Positions 9,076 through 20,913 of a DNA stretch of 57,931 nucleotides are shown here, piece by piece; positions within the stretch are counted from its first letter, which is position 1, and every line of letters begins with the position of its first letter. The notes under the pieces were generated by a model. That model had not been told where the DNA came from, did no database searches, and saw only the letters and a list, made by a program, of their open reading frames with translations. Origin of the DNA: Actinomycetes bacterium (GTDB lineage Bacteria; Actinomycetota; Actinomycetes; Actinomycetales; Demequinaceae). Where the stretch lies: NCBI GenBank assembly GCA_003242455.2, contig QGUM02000001.1, positions 1 to 57,931 of the forward strand, given 5' to 3'. The translations under genes and the position numbers were made by a program.

Positions 9076-10089
9076 TCAGGACTCCGTTTCGGTGGAGGGG
9101 TCGTGCCTCGTGCGGCGAGAGGCGACGAGGCTGGCGACAGTCGTGAGCGCCAGGATAGCCACGATGACGACCATGGACGTGACGGTCTCGACGACCGGCA
9201 CGTCGGGCCAGATGCCGTGCGCCCAGTGCAGGGCGAGCTTGGCGCCGATGAACGCGAGGATCGCGGCGAGCCCGAATCCCAGGAACACGAGCTTGGCGAG
9301 AGCCTTCTCGAGCACGAAGTACAGCGCGCGCAGCCCCAGGAGCGCGAAGGCGTTGGTGACGAAGACGAGGTACGGGTCCGCGGTGATGCCGTAGACGGCG
9401 GGCACCGAGTCGATCGCGAAGACGACGTCGGTCATCATGATCGCCGCGATGACGAGGGCGAAGGGTGTGAGCGCCCGGCGGCCGTCGACCGCGACCGTGT
9501 AGCGAGTGCCCTGGTACTCGCCGGTGACGGGCCAAAGGCGCCGTAGGAGGCGGACGATGCCGATCTTGTCGGGATCGATCTCGGCGTCGTCGTGCCTGAG
9601 GGCGTCGCGCAGCACCTTGACCGCCGTGACGAGCAGGATCGCGCCGAAGAGCACGAAGGTCCACGACCAGCGCGCGATCATCGCTGCGCCCACGGCGATG
9701 AAGACGCCGCGCAGGACGAGCGCGCCGATGACGCCGACGAGCAGCGCCCGCTGCTGCAGGGCGCGCGGCACGGCGAAGGCGCTGAGGATGAGGATGAAGA
9801 CGAAGAGGTTGTCGACGGACAGCGACTTCTCGACGATGTAGCCGGTGTAGTACTTCACGCCCACGTCGGAGCCGTGGCTCGCCCACACCCACGCGCCGAA
9901 TGCGACGGGAAGGGCGATGTAGAACGCCGACCACCCGAGCGCCTCCCGGAACGAGACCTCGTGGGGCTTGCGCGTGATGACGAAGTCCAGGGCGAGCAGG
10001 GCGACGATGCCCGCCACGGTGACGGCCCACAGCTGGGGCGTGGCGATGGTGGCGAGCTCGGCGGCAGAGTCCGCGGCGTGCGCGAGCAT
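9076..10089 (-). CDS. TerC/Alx family metal (Mn) homeostasis membrane protein
   Basis: EKSLSVDNLFVF, DVVFAIDSVPA, NAFALLGLRALYF. Confidence 0.93.
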   Translation of the reverse strand: MLAHAADSAAELATIATPQLWAVTVAGIVALLALDFVITRKPHEVSFREALGWSAFYIALPVAFGAWVWASHGSDVGVKYYTGYIVEKSLSVDNLFVFILILSAFAVPRALQQRALLVGVIGALVLRGVFIAVGAAMIARWSWTFVLFGAILLVTAVKVLRDALRHDDAEIDPDKIGIVRLLRRLWPVTGEYQGTRYTVAVDGRRALTPFALVIAAIMMTDVVFAIDSVPAVYGITADPYLVFVTNAFALLGLRALYFVLEKALAKLVFLGFGLAAILAFIGAKLALHWAHGIWPDVPVVETVTSMVVIVAILALTTVASLVASRRTRHDPSTETES

Positions 10090-10115
10090 GGGTCTCCTCA
10101 GAACAGTGGTGCCCT

Positions 10116-10218
10116 GAGGTCTCCTTCACCGCGCCGCTGGGTGCGGGCGCGGCCCTCGACCGGGGACCTCATGGGAGGTCCGTGATGACCGGAACGACGC
10201 TGGGAAGTACTCCCCTCG
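10116..10218 (-). ncRNA. yybP-ykoY manganese riboswitch
   Basis: Minus strand GAGGGGAGTA...GGTCATCACGG...CCGGT...GGAGACCTC directly upstream of terC/alx; CCTCAGGGCA/TGTTCTGAGG hairpin covers the RBS. Confidence 0.85.
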
Positions 10219-10227
10219 CGAGACACC

Positions 10228-11049
10228 CTACGCGATGTCCTGCGGAGTCGTCAGGACCTCGAGGCCTCCGAGCCCTCCGGCCTCGATCCAGCGGGCGTGC
10301 GCGCGGTACATGCGTGCCCACACGTGCTGCTCGGGAGAGTCGGAGGCCGCGCCCCAGTCGGCGATCGCGTCGAGCCGCGACACGGTCGCGGCCAGCAGCT
10401 CCCCGACGGTCCGCACGCGCTCGGCGCCGCCGTCGGCCCCGACGTACGGCCCGTAGGCCTCGAGCGCGAGCCGGGCGCGCTCGCGCATCGTCGCGACGTC
10501 GAAGGGCGAGCGGTCGGGAGCGTCGCCGTCGTCCACCGCGGCGTCGGCGGGCGGGGTGAGCGGGACATAGCGGTAGAGCGTCCACGCGAGATCCCACAGG
10601 CGAGGCACCGGAGAGCACAGGTCCAGGTCGATCGCGCCTGCGAATCGTCCGTCGCGGAACACATGGTTATAGGGGGCGAAGTCGATCGCGCCGATGACCT
10701 CGGCCGGCTCGCGCACGCCCCAGAACCACACGTCGTCAGGGTGACGCTCGAAGGTGACGGTCGCGTCGTGGAACGCGCGCAGGGCCCGCATGACCTGCTC
10801 CAGCACCGATGCCTCGCGCATCCAGTCCGGGGTGTCGTGACGGACCTCCCCCTTGATGTAGTCGAGGATCTCGCGACCCTGCTCGTCGATGCCGTGGAAG
10901 CGCGGCACCCACGTCACGCCGTGCGCCTCGAGATGGCGCAGCAGGCGATGGATCGTGGGCGACTGCGGCGTCAGGGGCCGTCGCACCGTGTCGGCGACGC
11001 GGACCACGCCGGCGGTCATGTTGCCGCCCTTGAGCGGGATCTCCTCCAT
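10228..11049 (-). CDS. Aminoglycoside-phosphotransferase-like kinase (TfxG-like)
   Basis: LKGGNMTAGVVRVADTVRRP, PRFHGID, LRAFHDA, DFAPYN, AIDLD, WDLAW. Confidence 0.8.
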   Translation of the reverse strand: MEEIPLKGGNMTAGVVRVADTVRRPLTPQSPTIHRLLRHLEAHGVTWVPRFHGIDEQGREILDYIKGEVRHDTPDWMREASVLEQVMRALRAFHDATVTFERHPDDVWFWGVREPAEVIGAIDFAPYNHVFRDGRFAGAIDLDLCSPVPRLWDLAWTLYRYVPLTPPADAAVDDGDAPDRSPFDVATMRERARLALEAYGPYVGADGGAERVRTVGELLAATVSRLDAIADWGAASDSPEQHVWARMYRAHARWIEAGGLGGLEVLTTPQDIA

Positions 11050-11078
11050 GCGCCCACCCTAGGCGGACGCGACGTGGC

Positions 11079-12335
11079 TCAGGCGATCGGCCTCTCGACC
11101 GGCAGGGCGAGCGGCTCCTCCTCGATCGAGGTGTGCGGCTCGCGGTCGGTGCCCCGCTTCAGCCACGGGATGACGGACACCGCGATGAGCGCCGTCAGCG
11201 CCGCCGCGCCCGCCGCGAAGTACAGGCCCGAGCGGGCTCCCTGGTTCTCGATGAGCCAGCCCGCGGCCCACGCGCCCACCGCGACGCCGATGCCGATGCC
11301 GATGCGCAGCCACGCGAGGCCCTCGGTGATCTGACCGCGCTCCACGACGCGCTGGACCACGGTGTCGGTGTTGGTCATCGTGGGGGCGATGGTCGCGCCC
11401 GCGAAGAAGCCGATGAGCGCGAACACGTAGATGTTCGGCGCGATGCTCAGGGCCGCGAAGCCCAGCGTGATGAAGGCGGCGAAGACGACGGTGCGCTTCC
11501 ACAGCGCGCTCTTCCAGTGGCGCGCACCGTAGATGAGGCCGCCGCAGAAGGAGCCTCCCGAGATGATGCCGAGCAGGACGCCCGAGATCGCCTTGTGGCC
11601 CGCCTCGTCGGCGAACGCGACGGTCGACAGGTCGAACGCGCCGAAGACGAGGCCCAGGCCCAGCGCGATGAACGCCGCGGCCACGACCGCGCCGGGGATG
11701 CGCCAGCCGAGGCTCTCGCCGCCCAGCTCCTTGCGCGGCGGCGGCTCGGTCTTGGTCTGGGACAGCAGGATCGAGATGCCGATGATGTTGCACACCACCG
11801 CGACGATGAGGCCCAGCGGAGCCCACACGGCGGTGGCGAGCACCGTCACGAGCGCGGGTCCGGCGATGAAGAGGATCTCGTCGAGCGATCCCTCGAGCGA
11901 GAAGGCCGTGTGGATCTCGCGGTCGTCGCGCAGCAGGTGCGACCAGCGGGCCCGCGTGAGGGAGCCGAGCGGTCCGCTCACCGAGGCGACGGCTGTGGAG
12001 ATCCACAGCGCCCACTCGGGGCCGTGCGTCATGGCCACGAGCACGCCGCTCGTGGTGCCGACGACGAACAGCGCGGTGAGCGGGATCATCGCCCTGCGCT
12101 GGCCCAGCCGGTCCACGAGGCGGGCGGTGGGCACGGTCTGCAGCGCCCACACGACGACCCCCACGGCGGCGATGCGCCCAGCCATCTCGTAGGAGTTGTA
12201 CTGGATCTGCACCATGAGGATGAAGGCGATGTTGTACATCGCCATGGGGGTGCGCGACAGCAGCCCCGATGCGGCGAAGGCGAGCGCGCCGGGATAGCTC
12301 AGGATGCGGCGGTAGTTGTCGAGCACGCCCGCCAT
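11079..12335 (-). CDS. MFS transporter
   Basis: ARLVDRLGQRR motif A; ~12 hydrophobic segments; SLDEILFIAGP. Confidence 0.88.
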   Translation of the reverse strand: MAGVLDNYRRILSYPGALAFAASGLLSRTPMAMYNIAFILMVQIQYNSYEMAGRIAAVGVVVWALQTVPTARLVDRLGQRRAMIPLTALFVVGTTSGVLVAMTHGPEWALWISTAVASVSGPLGSLTRARWSHLLRDDREIHTAFSLEGSLDEILFIAGPALVTVLATAVWAPLGLIVAVVCNIIGISILLSQTKTEPPPRKELGGESLGWRIPGAVVAAAFIALGLGLVFGAFDLSTVAFADEAGHKAISGVLLGIISGGSFCGGLIYGARHWKSALWKRTVVFAAFITLGFAALSIAPNIYVFALIGFFAGATIAPTMTNTDTVVQRVVERGQITEGLAWLRIGIGIGVAVGAWAAGWLIENQGARSGLYFAAGAAALTALIAVSVIPWLKRGTDREPHTSIEEEPLALPVERPIA

Positions 12336-12416
12336 CGTCTCACCCGGAGACGACAGTCGCTGACCTCAGGCCGTGTGGTCTTGGACACGAGGCTGGCGGG
12401 CGTGCCCGACGATGCG

Positions 12417-13220
12417 CTAGGCCTGCGGCGGAGCCGGGGGCGCGGGAGGCGGAGGCACGGTGCCCGCGGCGGGTGCCGCGGGAGCGCCGTCCTCGGGCCG
12501 CGAGCGCGCCACGAGGAAGACCACCAGGGCGATGACTCCTGCGATGAGCAGCAGGCCCACCACGACGATCGCGATGAGGAGGCCCACCGGGAAGGCAGAG
12601 GCGGACGTGGCATCGGCGCGGACGACGATGTCCTCCGTGCCGTACATCTCCGCCGTGGTGAAGGTGATGGTGTTGCCCTCGACCGTGCCCGCCGTGTACG
12701 ACGTGATGGGGCCGGGGAAGCTGTAGACGACCTTGACGTCGAAGTAGCTCGAATAGTCGCCGAACTCGTCCTCCTCGCTCAGCTCCTCCTCCGTCGCGTT
12801 GTCGAGGAAGATCGTCAGGACGAACTCGTCGCCCTCGCGCACGAGCGTGGTGTCCCCGCCCGCGCCGATGTCCTCGGTGCCGGAGTCGAGCGCGCCGCTG
12901 TTGAACTCGTCGAGCGTGAGGTTCGTGAACGTGGCGCGAATGCCCTCGTAGTCACCGTCCTTGTAGTCGACGACGGTGACGCGATCGCGTACATCCGCCG
13001 GGATGTCGTTGAGGTAGTCGTCCGGGCGAGGCGGCTCGGACGCGCCCTCTCCCAGCTCGCTGAAGGCGACGACGTCGATGGCCAGGATGATCTCCTGGTC
13101 GACGGTGTTGTCAGACTTGACGTCGGTGGTGGTGTGCATCCGGACACAGCCGGCCAGCGACACCACGACGAGTGCAGCGACCGCGGCCGCGCGAATCATC
13201 TTCTTCGGTGCACGAGACAT
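12417..13220 (-). CDS. LppM-like lipoprotein with C-terminal membrane anchor
   Basis: Lipobox LAGC then VRMHTTTDVKSD; acidic ectodomain, SFPGPIT; C-terminal TM and Pro-rich tail. Confidence 0.7.
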   Translation of the reverse strand: MSRAPKKMIRAAAVAALVVVSLAGCVRMHTTTDVKSDNTVDQEIILAIDVVAFSELGEGASEPPRPDDYLNDIPADVRDRVTVVDYKDGDYEGIRATFTNLTLDEFNSGALDSGTEDIGAGGDTTLVREGDEFVLTIFLDNATEEELSEEDEFGDYSSYFDVKVVYSFPGPITSYTAGTVEGNTITFTTAEMYGTEDIVVRADATSASAFPVGLLIAIVVVGLLLIAGVIALVVFLVARSRPEDGAPAAPAAGTVPPPPAPPAPPQA

Positions 13221-13304
13221 GTGCGCGATTCTTCCGCATCAGGGCATTTCGCGCTCGCGACGGCGCGCTAGCGTGACAGGGACAGGACCAAGGAGACAGC
13301 GACC

Positions 13305-14774
13305 ATGAGCTCGTTGCCGAGCAGCCGCAGGCCGATCATCGCCGGCTACTACCCCGACCCGTCCATCTGCAGGGTGGGCGAGGACTTCTACGTGGCCAAC
13401 TCGTCGTTCGAGTTCTTCCCTGGCGTTCCCCTGTGGCACAGCCGCGACCTGCTCACGTGGGAGCAGGTGGGCCACGTCATCACCCGCACGTCGCAGTTCG
13501 AGGCCGGCGCGTACCGCCCCAGCATGGGCGTCTACGCGCCCACGCTGCGCCACCGCGACGGCGTCTTCTATCTCATCACCACGGCCGTGGAAGGCCCGGA
13601 GGGCCACCTGCTCATGACGGCGAGCGACCCCGCGGGGCCGTGGTCGGACCCCGTCTATGTGCGGGGCCTGCCCGGCTTCGACCCCGACATCGCCTGGACC
13701 GACGACGGGACATGCCTCGTCACCTACTGCCACATCGTCGACTGGGTGCCGCAAGGCATCCACCAGGCCGCGATCGACCCGTCCACCGGCGAGGTGCTCG
13801 AGGAGCCGCGCCTGCTGTGGAAGGGCTCCGGCATGCAGTGGCCCGAGGGCCCGCACCTCATTCGCCGCGGCGACTGGTGGTACCTCGTCATCGCGGAGGG
13901 CGGCACCGAGCGCGGGCACTGCGTCACGGTGGCGCGCTCGCGCGACCCGCGCGGCCCCTTCGAGGGGGCCCCGCACAACCCGATCTTCACGCACCGCTCC
14001 ACGTCGCACCCCGTGGAGAACGTGGGCCACTGCGACCTCGTGGAGCGCCCGGACGGCTCGTGGGCCGCCGTGTACCTGGGCGTGCGTACCGTCGGGTGGG
14101 TGCCCCGGCAGCACGCCAACGGCCGCGAGACGTTCCTCGCGGGCATCGAGTGGGTCGACGACTGGCCCGTCTTCGTCGAGGACGCCTTCCAGGTCCCCGC
14201 TCCCGACCACGCGATCGACGACGACTTCTCCGCCGGGCTGGCCCATCCGCGGTGGACGAGCCCCGGCCTTCCCGTCGAGTCCGTCGCGACCCCCGATGCC
14301 GCGGGCGGCGTGCGCCTGCGTCCCGCCCAGGCGCCCGCGGGCACGATGTCGGGCCTCTTCGCGCGCACGCGCGACCTGCTGTGGAGCGCGCGCCTCGAGA
14401 TCGATCCCGACGGTGGCGCGGCCGATGCCGTGCTGCGCTGGGACGAGCGCCACTGGTACGCCGTGCGCGTCGGCGACGGGCAGGCGCGAGCCGTGGTGCG
14501 CATCGGCGACATCGAGCACGAGGCGGGATCCGTCGCGATCCCGGACGGCCCGGTCGCGGCGCTCCTCAGCGCGGAGCCGGCGGCCCACCGCGGCCCCGAC
14601 GACATCGTGCTCGCCGTGGAGGCAGCGGGGACGGTGACGCAGCTCGCGCGGATCGACGGCCGGTACGTCTCCGGCGAGGTCTCGGGCGGCTTCGTCGGCA
14701 GGGTGCTCGGCGCGGTCGCGCTCGCGGGCGCGCCGCGGCTGCTGCGCTTCGCCTACACGCCCGTCGGGGACTGA
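13305..14774 (+). CDS. Glycoside hydrolase family 43 (beta-xylosidase/arabinofuranosidase-like)
   Basis: GYYPDPSICRVGEDFY, NSSFEFFPGVP, PEGPHL, AEGGT, GHCDLV, GRETFL. Confidence 0.92.
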   Translation: MSSLPSSRRPIIAGYYPDPSICRVGEDFYVANSSFEFFPGVPLWHSRDLLTWEQVGHVITRTSQFEAGAYRPSMGVYAPTLRHRDGVFYLITTAVEGPEGHLLMTASDPAGPWSDPVYVRGLPGFDPDIAWTDDGTCLVTYCHIVDWVPQGIHQAAIDPSTGEVLEEPRLLWKGSGMQWPEGPHLIRRGDWWYLVIAEGGTERGHCVTVARSRDPRGPFEGAPHNPIFTHRSTSHPVENVGHCDLVERPDGSWAAVYLGVRTVGWVPRQHANGRETFLAGIEWVDDWPVFVEDAFQVPAPDHAIDDDFSAGLAHPRWTSPGLPVESVATPDAAGGVRLRPAQAPAGTMSGLFARTRDLLWSARLEIDPDGGAADAVLRWDERHWYAVRVGDGQARAVVRIGDIEHEAGSVAIPDGPVAALLSAEPAAHRGPDDIVLAVEAAGTVTQLARIDGRYVSGEVSGGFVGRVLGAVALAGAPRLLRFAYTPVGD

Positions 14775-14787
14775 GACCCGACCGCAG

Positions 14788-16467
<1,680 letters not shown>

Positions 16468-16563
16468 GCAGCCAGTCTGGCACGCGCGCCGCCAGGGTCA
16501 CGATTCGACCACTTTCCGGTAAAGAGGACTTTGCCAGACGCGCCTGAGGGCTAGGCTGAGAGC

Positions 16564-17400
16564 GTGGCCGCGCAGCCGAAGAAGCCCTCACCGGAGTCGG
16601 CGCGCACGGCCGCGGTCATCCTCGCGCGAGACCAGGCTCCGCGCATCGCCGCGACCGTCCGCGCCGCACGCTCCATTCCAGGCGTCGACCTCGTGCTCGT
16701 CGTGGACGACGGCTCGACGGACAACACCCAGGACCTCGCCCGCAAGGCCGGCGCGGTGGTCATCCGCCACCCCCACAAGCGCGGCCGCACCATCTGCATC
16801 GAGACGGCCGCCGCGGTGGTGGCGATGCGCGACGAGGACGGCGAGGAGCCGCGCTCTCTCCTGTTCCTCGACGGCGGCCTGGGATCCTACGCGAACGCCG
16901 TGGCCCCGCTCGTGGTGACGGTGCAGGAAGGCATCGCCGACCTCGCGATCGCCCTCGTCGACCACGCCGTCCCCACGCAGGGCCTCGCGGCCAACGCGGC
17001 TCGGCGGGCCATCGCCAACGCCTCGCAGTGGACCCCGGTCCAGCCGCTCAGCCGCATCCGCTGCGTGACCCGCGCGGCGCTCGACGCCGCGATGCCGCTG
17101 GCGCGCGGCGCCGGACTGGACCCGGCGATGACCCTCGACGTCCTCTACGCCGGCTTCCGCGTCACGGAGGTGGAGTGCGAGCTGCGCCACAAGCCGCAGG
17201 CGGCGGGGACGCGCGCGTTGCGCAACGCCAACCAGTACCGTGACGTCATGATCGCGCTGAGCTCCCGCCGCATCCGGGGCGGCCTCGAGACGACGCAGAG
17301 CGTCGTCGAGGACACCCTGCACGCGGCCACGCATGCGGCGACCCGGGTCGCCCGCCCGCGTCGCGACCGCGCGCACGAGGCCGTGGAGGACGACGCATGA
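16564..17400 (+). CDS. GT2-fold glycosyltransferase homologue with degenerate motifs
   Basis: VVDDGSTDNT present, but LFLDGG where LFLDAD is expected; coupled to pheA. Confidence 0.8.
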   Translation: MAAQPKKPSPESARTAAVILARDQAPRIAATVRAARSIPGVDLVLVVDDGSTDNTQDLARKAGAVVIRHPHKRGRTICIETAAAVVAMRDEDGEEPRSLLFLDGGLGSYANAVAPLVVTVQEGIADLAIALVDHAVPTQGLAANAARRAIANASQWTPVQPLSRIRCVTRAALDAAMPLARGAGLDPAMTLDVLYAGFRVTEVECELRHKPQAAGTRALRNANQYRDVMIALSSRRIRGGLETTQSVVEDTLHAATHAATRVARPRRDRAHEAVEDDA

Positions 17401-18329
17401 GCCTGCCCCGCTACGCGTACCTGGGGCCGGAGGGGACGTTCACGGAGGCGGCCCTGCGCGCCATGATCGACCCCTCCCAGGCCGAGTTCATCCCCACCGT
17501 CGACGTGCCCGCCGCGCTCGCGGCCGTGCGCAACGGCGAGGCCGACTACGCCGTCGTGGCGATCGAGAACACGGTCGAGGGCGGGGTGACCGCGACGCTC
17601 GACACCCTCGCCACAGGCTCGCCCCTCGTCATCCTCGGCGAGGTCGTGCTGCCCGTGAGCTTCGAGCTCGTCGTGCGGCCGGGCACCGCCAAGGAGTCCA
17701 TCCGCTCCGTCGCGGCGCATTCGCACGGGCTTGCGCAGTGCCGCCGCTGGCTCGCCGCCAACCTGCCCGACGTCGCCCAGATCAGCTCTGCCTCCAACGC
17801 CTCGGCCGTGCGTGAGCTCGCCACGGGCGAGGCCGCATACGACGCCGCGCTCGCCCCGCCCGGCCTGGGCGCGGCGCTCGGCCTCGAGGTGCTCGCCACG
17901 GGCGTGGCCGACAACGCCAACGCCGCGACGCGATTCGTGCGCGTGGGCCGTCCCGGCCGCCTTCCCGAGCCCACCGGCGCCGACAAGACCACCCTTGTCG
18001 TGCACCTGCCTCATGACCGCGCGGGCGCGCTGCTCGAGATGCTCGAGCAGTTCTCTGCACGCGGCGTCAACCTGTCGCGCATCGAGAGCCGACCGATCGG
18101 CGACAAGCCGGGCGAGTACTCCTTCTCCATCGACGCCCTGGGACACATCGCCGAGGCCCGCGTGGCCGAGGCGCTCGTGGGCCTCAAGCGCACGTGCCCG
18201 CTCGTGCTGTTCCTGGGCTCCTATCCCGCGGCGCACGCGGAGGTCACGCCCATCGCCCCGGGCACGAGCGACGCCGACTTCGCCGACGCCCAGGAGTGGG
18301 TCGAGCGTCTGCGCTCCGGCGGCTTCTAG
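17397..18329 (+). CDS. pheA: Prephenate dehydratase
   Basis: YLGPEGTFTE, IENTVEG, TRF, NLSRIESRP, FLGSYP. Confidence 0.96.
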   Translation: MSLPRYAYLGPEGTFTEAALRAMIDPSQAEFIPTVDVPAALAAVRNGEADYAVVAIENTVEGGVTATLDTLATGSPLVILGEVVLPVSFELVVRPGTAKESIRSVAAHSHGLAQCRRWLAANLPDVAQISSASNASAVRELATGEAAYDAALAPPGLGAALGLEVLATGVADNANAATRFVRVGRPGRLPEPTGADKTTLVVHLPHDRAGALLEMLEQFSARGVNLSRIESRPIGDKPGEYSFSIDALGHIAEARVAEALVGLKRTCPLVLFLGSYPAAHAEVTPIAPGTSDADFADAQEWVERLRSGGF

Positions 18330-19489
18330 TCCGTCGCGAGCGGCGGCGGCACGCGCACCACGAGCGCGCCCGGCTCGACGCGAGCCGAGATGGCCGATGC
18401 GCGGCCCAGCACCTCGCCGTCGATCTGCACCTTCTGCGGCTGGTCCATGCGGATGTCGACCTCGACGGCCTGGGTGTGGTCGATGCGCGAGGCGCGATAC
18501 GCCTTGAGGATGTCCGGCGCTCGCAGGCCCGCGCCCTGCGCCACCACGGTGCCGAACAGGTCCGTCCATCCGACGAGGCCCGCGCGCGCGTCGAGTGTCG
18601 CGATGTCGAGTCTGCCGTCGGTCGCGGAGGCATCGGGGATGAGGGTGAAGCCGCCCGGCAGGGAGCCCACGTTGGCCAGGAGCACCGTGCGCATCTGGCC
18701 CCGGATCGGCGTCGAGCCGTTGACCGAGACCGTCGCGGACATGCGACGCTCGCGCAGATGCTTGGCCGCGGCGAAGAAGTAGGCGAGCCAGCCGACGCGG
18801 CGCTTCAGGCGGTCGTCGGCCCCGGCGACCATCTCGGCGTCGAAGCCCGCCCCGGCGATGACCAGGAAAACGTGCTCGGAGGTCTCTCCCAGCGGGGCGT
18901 TCGGGCGCTCGACCTCCAGGCGGCCCACGTCGATGCGCTCCTCGACGCCCTCCAGGATCGCGCGCATGAGGCTCGGGGTGTCGCCCAGGGGCAGGCCCAG
19001 GTTGCGGGCGAAGAGGTTGCCCGTGCCCATGGGCAGGATGCCCAGCGGGATGTCGGTGCCCACGAGCGCCTCGGCCACGGCGCGCACGGTGCCGTCTCCG
19101 CCCACCGCGACCACGACGTCGGCGCCGGCCGCGATCGCCTCTCGAGCCAGGCCGGTGCCCGGGTCGTCCTCCGTGGTCCAGGCCCACATCGGCTGCGGGA
19201 GGTAGCGGATCGCGCACGCGCGCAGCGCCTGCTCGCGCAGCTCGGCGACGCCCGCCTTGGTGGGGTTGGCGATGAAGGCGACGCGCTGGTTGTCGTCGCG
19301 AGGCTGGACGAAGGCGTCGGGAACGGGGGGAGCGGGATGGATGCGCAGGAGGCGGCGCCAGAAGCGCGGCACGGCCATGGGATCGCGCACGCCCACTCGC
19401 TTCGTGATGGTGGTCGCGAGGGCCAGGCCGGCGATCGCGATGATCAGGGCGACCGCTGCGACCACGAGCGCGACGATCGTCAAGGTCAT
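18326..19489 (-). CDS. Diacylglycerol/lipid kinase family protein with N-terminal TM
   Basis: ANPTK, GGDGTV, PMGTGNLFARNL, GAGFDA, QIDGE. Confidence 0.9.
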   Translation of the reverse strand: MTLTIVALVVAAVALIIAIAGLALATTITKRVGVRDPMAVPRFWRRLLRIHPAPPVPDAFVQPRDDNQRVAFIANPTKAGVAELREQALRACAIRYLPQPMWAWTTEDDPGTGLAREAIAAGADVVVAVGGDGTVRAVAEALVGTDIPLGILPMGTGNLFARNLGLPLGDTPSLMRAILEGVEERIDVGRLEVERPNAPLGETSEHVFLVIAGAGFDAEMVAGADDRLKRRVGWLAYFFAAAKHLRERRMSATVSVNGSTPIRGQMRTVLLANVGSLPGGFTLIPDASATDGRLDIATLDARAGLVGWTDLFGTVVAQGAGLRAPDILKAYRASRIDHTQAVEVDIRMDQPQKVQIDGEVLGRASAISARVEPGALVVRVPPPLATD

Positions 19490-19526
19490 GATGAGAGGCT
19501 AAGCCCGCGCGGATAGACTCGCCACC

Positions 19527-20792
19527 GTGATCGACCTCACCCTCCTCCGCGACGAACCCGACGTGGTCCGCGCCTCGCAGATCGCGCGCGGCGCCGACCC
19601 CTCGATCGTGGACAAGGTGCTCGACGCCGACTCTCGTCGCCGCGCCGCGCTGCATGACTTCGAGTCCGCGCGCGCCGAGCAGAAGGCCATCGGCCGCGAC
19701 GTCGCCAAGGCGCAGGGCGAGGAGAAGCAGCGGCTGCTCGCCAAGACCAAGGACCTCGCGGAGAAGGTCAAGGCACTGCAGGCCGACGCCGACGCGGCCG
19801 AGGCCACGCTGCGCGAGCTGCTCGACGGCATCGGCAACATTCCCGAGCCCGGCGTGCCCGCGGGCGGCGAGGACGACTACGCCGTGCTGCGTCACGTCGG
19901 CACCCCGCGCGACTTCGCCGCCGAGGGCGTCGAGGTGCTCGACCACCTCGCCATCGGCGAGAGGCTGCGGGCCATCGACACCGAGCGCGGCGCGAAGGTC
20001 TCCGGCGCGCGCTTCTACTTCCTCACCGGCATCGGCGCCCGCCTCGAGCTCGCGATCCTCAACGCGGCGATGGCGAAGGCCGTGGAGCACGGCTTCACGC
20101 CGATGATGACGCCCACCCTGGTGCGGCCGGAGATCATGGCGGGCACCGGCTTCCTGGGCCCGCACGCCGACGAGATCTACTACCTCGAGCGCGACGACCT
20201 CTACCTCACGGGCACGAGCGAGGTCGCGCTCGCGGGCTACCACGCCGACGAGATCATCGACCTGAGCGACGGCCCCAAGCGCTACGCCGGCTGGAGCGCG
20301 TGCTACCGCCGCGAGGCGGGCTCGGCTGGACGCGACACCCGTGGCATCATCCGCGTCCATCAGTTCCACAAGGTGGAGATGTTCGTCTACGCCCGCCCGG
20401 CCGATGCCGCGGCGGAGCACGAGCGCCTTCTCGCCTTGGAGGAGGACATGCTCCAGTCGCTCGAGCTGCCGTACCGCGTCATCGACACGGCCGCCGGCGA
20501 CCTGGGCCTGAGCGCCGCGCGCAAGTTCGACTGCGAGGCGTGGCTGCCCAGCCAGGAGCGGTGGATGGAGGTCACCTCGACCTCGAACTGCACCACGTTC
20601 CAGGCCCGTCGCCTGGGCGTGCGCGAGCGCGGCGAGAACGGCACCGAGCCGGTGGCGACGCTCAACGGCACGCTCGGCACCACGCGCTGGATCGTCGCGC
20701 TGCTCGAGAACCACCAGCAGGCCGACGGCTCGGTCCACGTGCCTCAGGCGCTGCGCCCCTATCTGGGCGGCATCGAGAGGCTCACCGCCTGA
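19527..20792 (+). CDS. serS: Serine--tRNA ligase
   Basis: [40 protein letters not shown]. Confidence 0.97.
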   Translation: MIDLTLLRDEPDVVRASQIARGADPSIVDKVLDADSRRRAALHDFESARAEQKAIGRDVAKAQGEEKQRLLAKTKDLAEKVKALQADADAAEATLRELLDGIGNIPEPGVPAGGEDDYAVLRHVGTPRDFAAEGVEVLDHLAIGERLRAIDTERGAKVSGARFYFLTGIGARLELAILNAAMAKAVEHGFTPMMTPTLVRPEIMAGTGFLGPHADEIYYLERDDLYLTGTSEVALAGYHADEIIDLSDGPKRYAGWSACYRREAGSAGRDTRGIIRVHQFHKVEMFVYARPADAAAEHERLLALEEDMLQSLELPYRVIDTAAGDLGLSAARKFDCEAWLPSQERWMEVTSTSNCTTFQARRLGVRERGENGTEPVATLNGTLGTTRWIVALLENHQQADGSVHVPQALRPYLGGIERLTA

Positions 20793-20880
20793 CGTCCGGG
20801 GCGGGGGTCCGCGTCCCCAGCGCGTGCACTCGATCGCGCTCGCGTCCTGATCGGCGCCGCCTCCTGGGCGACTCGCGGTC

Positions 20881-20896
20881 TGTGACGGTTCTCACG
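20881..20896. promoter_or_regulatory. Putative CRP/GlxR-type site before the HAD gene
   Basis: TGTGA-CGGTTC-TCACG (9/10 to TGTGA-N6-TCACA), 5 nt before TAACCT -10. Confidence 0.45.
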
Positions 20897-20913
20897 TCAC
20901 GTAACCTCGTTGC

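Noticed and set aside
7357-11049. Small ORF + ATP-grasp + kinase + SRPBCC as a RiPP (graspetide or LysW-like) cluster
   Set aside because: The peptide lacks graspetide core/leader motifs and a C-terminal Glu, has its own promoter, and the ligase looks like the generic RimK-like type
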